Of a stretch of 18,609 bases of DNA, positions 14,930 through 18,609 are shown piece by piece (position 1 is the stretch's first letter; every line of letters starts with the position of its first letter). Source of the DNA: a candidate division WOR-3 bacterium (lineage in GTDB: Bacteria > Hydrothermota > Hydrothermia > LBFQ01 > DSFT01); the NCBI GenBank assembly GCA_965649115.1, contig CBFGJN010000037.1, positions 1 to 18,609 on the forward strand. The letters run 5' to 3'. The position numbers and the translations under genes were made by a program. The notes under the pieces are model-generated. The model was not told where the DNA came from. It saw only the letters and a program-made list of their open reading frames with translations, and ran no database searches.

Positions 14930-16933
14930 TTGATGAAATTAATAATTGTAGAAAGCCCAAGTAAAGCAAGAACAATAAGTAAATTTTTAAAAGGTTATTT
15001 AATAAAAGCAACGCTTGGACATATTGTAGATTTACCCGAAGATGAAATGGGCATAGATTTAAAAAACTTTGAAATGTTTTTTGTTCCAATAAAAGGGAAA
15101 AATAAAATTATTAAAGAGCTAAAAAAATTCGTTAATAAATCTGAAATTGTTTATATTTCAACTGACCCTGATAGAGAAGGTGAAGCAATTGCTTATCACA
15201 TAGTACAAAGAACAAAACCAAAAAATTACAAAAGAATTGAAGTTCATGCTATTATAGAAGAGGAAATAAAAAAGGCCCTTTTAAATCCAAGAGATATTGA
15301 TTACAATAGAGTTTATTCACAATTTTCAAGAAGATTAATTGACAGAATTGTAGGATATTTTCTATCACCCCTTGCAAGTAAGATAATAGGTGGAAGGCTA
15401 TCAGTAGGTAGAGTTCAAAGTCCCGCTTTAAGACTTATTGTTGAAAGAGAAAGAGAAATAAGGAACTTTAAACCTCAAACTTATTATCAAATACAAGTAG
15501 TATATAAAAAAGATAATTTAACTTTTATGGCAAAATTAAACAAAAATATAAAAGAAAAAGAAGAAGCAGAAAAAATTCTAAAAGAAATAGAAAAAAATGA
15601 ACATATTGTTTATAAAGTTTTTGAAATTGAACAAAAAGAAAGTCCTCCTGAACCTTATAGAACCGCTACACTTCAACAGGATGCAAGTAAAATTTTAGGT
15701 ATAAGTCCCGAAGAAACTATGAATATAGCACAATTTTTATATGAAAATGGATATATAACTTACCATAGAACTGATAGTGTAAAAATAAATGAAGAAATCA
15801 TAAACAAAATTCGTGGATATATAAAAAATAATCTTGGAGAAGATTACTTAGCCAAAAAATTAAGAATTTTTAGAAGAAAAAAATTTTCACAAGAAGCACA
15901 TGAAGCAATAAGACCTTCTATAATTAATTCAAGTAGAGAACCAAAAAATATAAACTTAACAGGAAAAGCAAAAAAAATTTACGAACTTATATGGAATAGA
16001 ACGATAGCTAGTCAAATGGAAAGTGCTGTATGGAAAAAAATTAAGTACATCATAAAAGCGGGAGAGAATGAACTAATTGCAGAAGGAAAGTACATTTTAT
16101 TTGAAGGATGGAGAAAAATCTATCCTAACATTGAAATGGATATTATTCCAGAATTAAATGAAAATGAGAAACTAAATAAAATAAAAGTTGAATTATTAGA
16201 AAAACAAACCCAACCTCCACCAAGATGGACAGAAAGCACACTCATTAAAATGCTTGAAAAACTTGGTATAGGAAGACCTTCAACCTATGCTCAAATTATC
16301 AAAACATTAAAGAAAAGGAATTATGTAAAGGTAAAAAATGGTGTTTTTTATCCTACGGAAATTGGGGAAAAATTAGTGGATTGGTTAAGCAAAGAATATC
16401 CATGGGTAATAGATTATAAATTTACAGCTGATATGGAAGAAAAGCTTGACCTTGTTGAAGAAGGAAAACTAAATTGGAAAGATGTCGCTTATGAAGTATA
16501 TCAAAAATTAAAAGATGTTGAAAATAAAATTAAGGATAATAAACCAACCGAAAAACAAATAGAATTTGCTAAAGTTTTGTCAAAAAAATTAAATTTAGAT
16601 TTAAGTGAAGATATTAAAAATGATAGAAGAAAACTTTCAAAGTGGATAAATCAAAATAAACCACCAACTGAAAAACAAATAGAATTTGCCAAAAAATTAG
16701 CAAAAGAATTAAATATAAATTTAGATGAAGAATTATTAAAAAACCAAAAAAAACTTGAAAAATGGATAAAAGAACATCTTAAACCAACAAAAAAGCAAAT
16801 TGAATTACTAAATAAATTTAAAGAAGAAGGATATGAAATACCAAACGAAGCATTCATAAGTTTTCAAAATGCAAAGGAAACAATTAAAAAAATAATAACT
16901 AATAAAGCTAACGCCAAAAAGAAAACAAAATAA
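14930..16933 (+). CDS. topA: Type IA DNA topoisomerase I with non-zinc C-terminal repeats
   Basis: TOPRIM LIIVESPSKA and TDPDREGEAI, SVGRVQS, catalytic GYITYHRTDS, QEAHEAIRP, GIGRPSTYA. No Cys4 zinc ribbons. Start is 14930 (TTG) or 14933 (ATG). Confidence 0.92.
   Translation: MMKLIIVESPSKARTISKFLKGYLIKATLGHIVDLPEDEMGIDLKNFEMFFVPIKGKNKIIKELKKFVNKSEIVYISTDPDREGEAIAYHIVQRTKPKNYKRIEVHAIIEEEIKKALLNPRDIDYNRVYSQFSRRLIDRIVGYFLSPLASKIIGGRLSVGRVQSPALRLIVEREREIRNFKPQTYYQIQVVYKKDNLTFMAKLNKNIKEKEEAEKILKEIEKNEHIVYKVFEIEQKESPPEPYRTATLQQDASKILGISPEETMNIAQFLYENGYITYHRTDSVKINEEIINKIRGYIKNNLGEDYLAKKLRIFRRKKFSQEAHEAIRPSIINSSREPKNINLTGKAKKIYELIWNRTIASQMESAVWKKIKYIIKAGENELIAEGKYILFEGWRKIYPNIEMDIIPELNENEKLNKIKVELLEKQTQPPPRWTESTLIKMLEKLGIGRPSTYAQIIKTLKKRNYVKVKNGVFYPTEIGEKLVDWLSKEYPWVIDYKFTADMEEKLDLVEEGKLNWKDVAYEVYQKLKDVENKIKDNKPTEKQIEFAKVLSKKLNLDLSEDIKNDRRKLSKWINQNKPPTEKQIEFAKKLAKELNINLDEELLKNQKKLEKWIKEHLKPTKKQIELLNKFKEEGYEIPNEAFISFQNAKETIKKIITNKANAKKKTK
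16544..16903 (+). repeat. Three tandem 120-bp (40-aa) repeats in the topA C-terminus
   Basis: Units start at 16544, 16664 and 16784 (PTEKQIEFAK / PTEKQIEFAK / PTKKQIELL). DNA GAAAAACAAATAGAATTTGC is identical in units 1 and 2. Confidence 0.85.
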
Positions 16934-18195
16934 TCATAAAAATTGTAAATTCTATTTTTTGAAACAATTTTAAACATTAACAAGCGAGAAATTGATAAAA
17001 TAATTATAGAAAATAAATAAGCAAGAGCTGTTCCTTCCTTTGAATAAATTTTTGTGAAAATAAATAAAAATAAAATTGTTGAAAATGAATAAACTATGTA
17101 ATTTATCAGGTTTAAATCTGTTCTTCCTTTTGCTTCTAAATAAATTTCAAAAGGTGAAAAAAATGCTCCAATTAGAACTTGAAATGACAAAATAATCAAA
17201 ACATTATAACCTAAAACATAATCCTTTCCAAGTAAAGATAAAACAAACTTTCCAAAAAAAATTAAAAAAACGACGATAAAATAAACAATCAATGTATTTA
17301 AAATAAAAAATTTTCTTAATGTCTTTAAAGCTAAAATATCATAATTTTGAGCAATAAGTTTTGTAATTCTTGGAAATAATGTTGAACTAAAAGCTATGTT
17401 TAAATTCCACAGAATTGAAATAATAAAATTTGAACCTCTATAAATTCCTGCAGATAAATTATCTTTTAAGCTTCCAAGAACAATAATACCAATATTATCA
17501 GCTAAATATGAAAAAACATATCTTAAAAAACTTGGAAATGAAAATTTGAACCAATTTTTAAATTCATATTTCGGATTATATTTCAAGAATTTAAACTCAT
17601 TTTTTAGATAAAATAAAGAAAAAATAAAATTAATAAATGATTTAAAAACAAGAGATAAAGTAATACCAATTTCTTTGAATGGTAAAAATATCCACCAAAA
17701 TAAAAGAAAAATTAATCTAAAAACATTTGGAAAAATGTTATTTGAATTTGAAAATTCTTTATATTTTTCAAAGCCAAGAAGAAAAGAAGAAAAGTATGAA
17801 GAAAAAATCATAAAAGGAATAGAAAATGAGTAGAAAAACAAGAATTTAGAATAAGAGGAGGAATTCAAAAAACTTTTACTTATAATGTCTGAAAAAAACA
17901 AAAAATAAGACATTAAAACAACACTTAAAATCAATCCATAAATCAAAGAAACTCTTATAATTCCACTAATTTTCTCATTTTCATTAGAACCTCTATAATA
18001 AGCGATAAATCTTCTTGATGTTGAAGTTAGAAATCCAGAAAGAATAACAACATATATATTTACATAATTTACAGCAACTGAATAATTTCCAAAATCTTGT
18101 GTTGAAACCATTTTAATGACGATTATTCCACTTATAAAATTTAAAATTTGAGATAAGATATTTGAAGAAAACAAATAAAAAATGTTCCTTAACAA
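16864..18195 (-). CDS. Oligosaccharide flippase (Wzx/MOP superfamily)
   Basis: NIFYLFSSNILSQ N-terminus, DFGNYS, AGIY, LFPRI, LLGKDY, AKGRT; many TM segments; TTG start. Confidence 0.87.
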   Translation of the reverse strand: MLRNIFYLFSSNILSQILNFISGIIVIKMVSTQDFGNYSVAVNYVNIYVVILSGFLTSTSRRFIAYYRGSNENEKISGIIRVSLIYGLILSVVLMSYFLFFSDIISKSFLNSSSYSKFLFFYSFSIPFMIFSSYFSSFLLGFEKYKEFSNSNNIFPNVFRLIFLLFWWIFLPFKEIGITLSLVFKSFINFIFSLFYLKNEFKFLKYNPKYEFKNWFKFSFPSFLRYVFSYLADNIGIIVLGSLKDNLSAGIYRGSNFIISILWNLNIAFSSTLFPRITKLIAQNYDILALKTLRKFFILNTLIVYFIVVFLIFFGKFVLSLLGKDYVLGYNVLIILSFQVLIGAFFSPFEIYLEAKGRTDLNLINYIVYSFSTILFLFIFTKIYSKEGTALAYLFSIIILSISRLLMFKIVSKNRIYNFYDYFVFFLALALLVIIFLIVSFAF

Positions 18196-18204
18196 ATGAA
18201 GAAA

Positions 18205-18210
18205 ATTTTA
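18205..18210 (-). promoter_or_regulatory. Putative -10 box TAAAAT for the flippase gene
   Basis: 9 nt upstream of the TTG (18195). Confidence 0.4.
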
Positions 18211-18224
18211 TAGTAAAAAAGTAT

Positions 18225-18308
18225 TGCTTTTATAGGGGGATTATTGGGGGGCGTCAGCCCCCTGATACCGAAATAAGGGCAAGCAGAGCTGAATTACTAG
18301 ACAATGCA
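18225..18308 (+). repeat. Short deleted copy (84 bp) of the element
   Basis: TGCTTT...AGGGGGATTATT-GGGGGGC-GTCA-GCCCCC (hairpin 18246-18262)...GAATTACTAGACAATGCA. Confidence 0.78.
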
Positions 18309-18317
18309 CATTTTTGA

Positions 18318-18477
18318 TGCTTTGTCCAATAAATAATGTTAAGTTGCTCAAATTATTGATTTTACTTCTCCCCCTATGCCGAAATAGGGGTATTTATAAG
18401 GCGTAGCCTTATTTCGTAGGGTGGGTGGGCAAAAAAATATAGAAAAATAAATAGTTTTGGAATTACTAGACACAGCA
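18318..18477 (+). repeat. Copy (160 bp) of the element
   Basis: TGCTTTGTCCAATAAAT...ATAAGGC-GTA-GCCTTAT (18396-18412)...GTAGGGTGGGTGGG...GAATTACTAGACACAGCA. Confidence 0.88.
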
Positions 18478-18486
18478 AAATTTTTT

Positions 18487-18609
18487 TGCTTTGTCCAATA
18501 ATTGTTGTTAGGTTATTGATTATCAATAACTTATAAAAATTTTAAGGAAATTATTGATTTTAGAGGGGTTTTGATGGGGGGCGAAGCCCCCTAAAGCCGA
18601 AAAATGGGC
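18487..18609 (+). repeat. Copy of the element, cut by the window edge
   Basis: TGCTTTGTCCAATAA, GTTATTGAT-T-ATCAATAAC (18512-18530), GGGGGGC-GAA-GCCCCC (18576-18591); colinear with 7750-7871. Confidence 0.9.

Noticed and set aside
2067..16857. Short antisense ORFs in the track (2067-2315, 3094-3372, 4157-4345, 4912-5121, 5592-5807, 13569-13775, 16651-16857)
   Set aside because: They are shadows of well-supported genes on the opposite strand and have no motifs.

Overview
Very AT-rich bacterial chromosomal region, densely packed with housekeeping genes: rpsP-khpA-rimM plus a small membrane ORF; rsmE, oligopeptidase B and a hypothetical gene on the minus strand; an isolated V/A-type ATPase subunit C, a lipid kinase and a cation:proton antiporter; a conserved hypothetical protein and a HAD hydrolase; lapA-lapB-like-htrA; yifB/comM; a type IA topoisomerase with three 40-aa C-terminal repeats; and a Wzx-like flippase. 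LapA/B-like genes suggest a diderm organism; I cannot name the taxon. The main signal is non-coding. All six sizeable intergenic regions carry copies (11 in total, full or internally deleted) of one ~206-bp element. It has 15-bp terminal inverted repeats (TGCTTTGTCYARTAA...TTAYTRGACAAAGCA), an IHF-like dyad, two GC hairpins with mostly C-GNA-G triloops and a compensatory change, and a GGGTGGGTGGG tract. Same-orientation tandem copies sit 7-9 bp apart. The element ends carry an outward-facing -35-like hexamer that in two cases lies exactly 17 bp from a -10 box. First genes of transcription units look leaderless or nearly so. No transposase or recombinase is encoded in the window.
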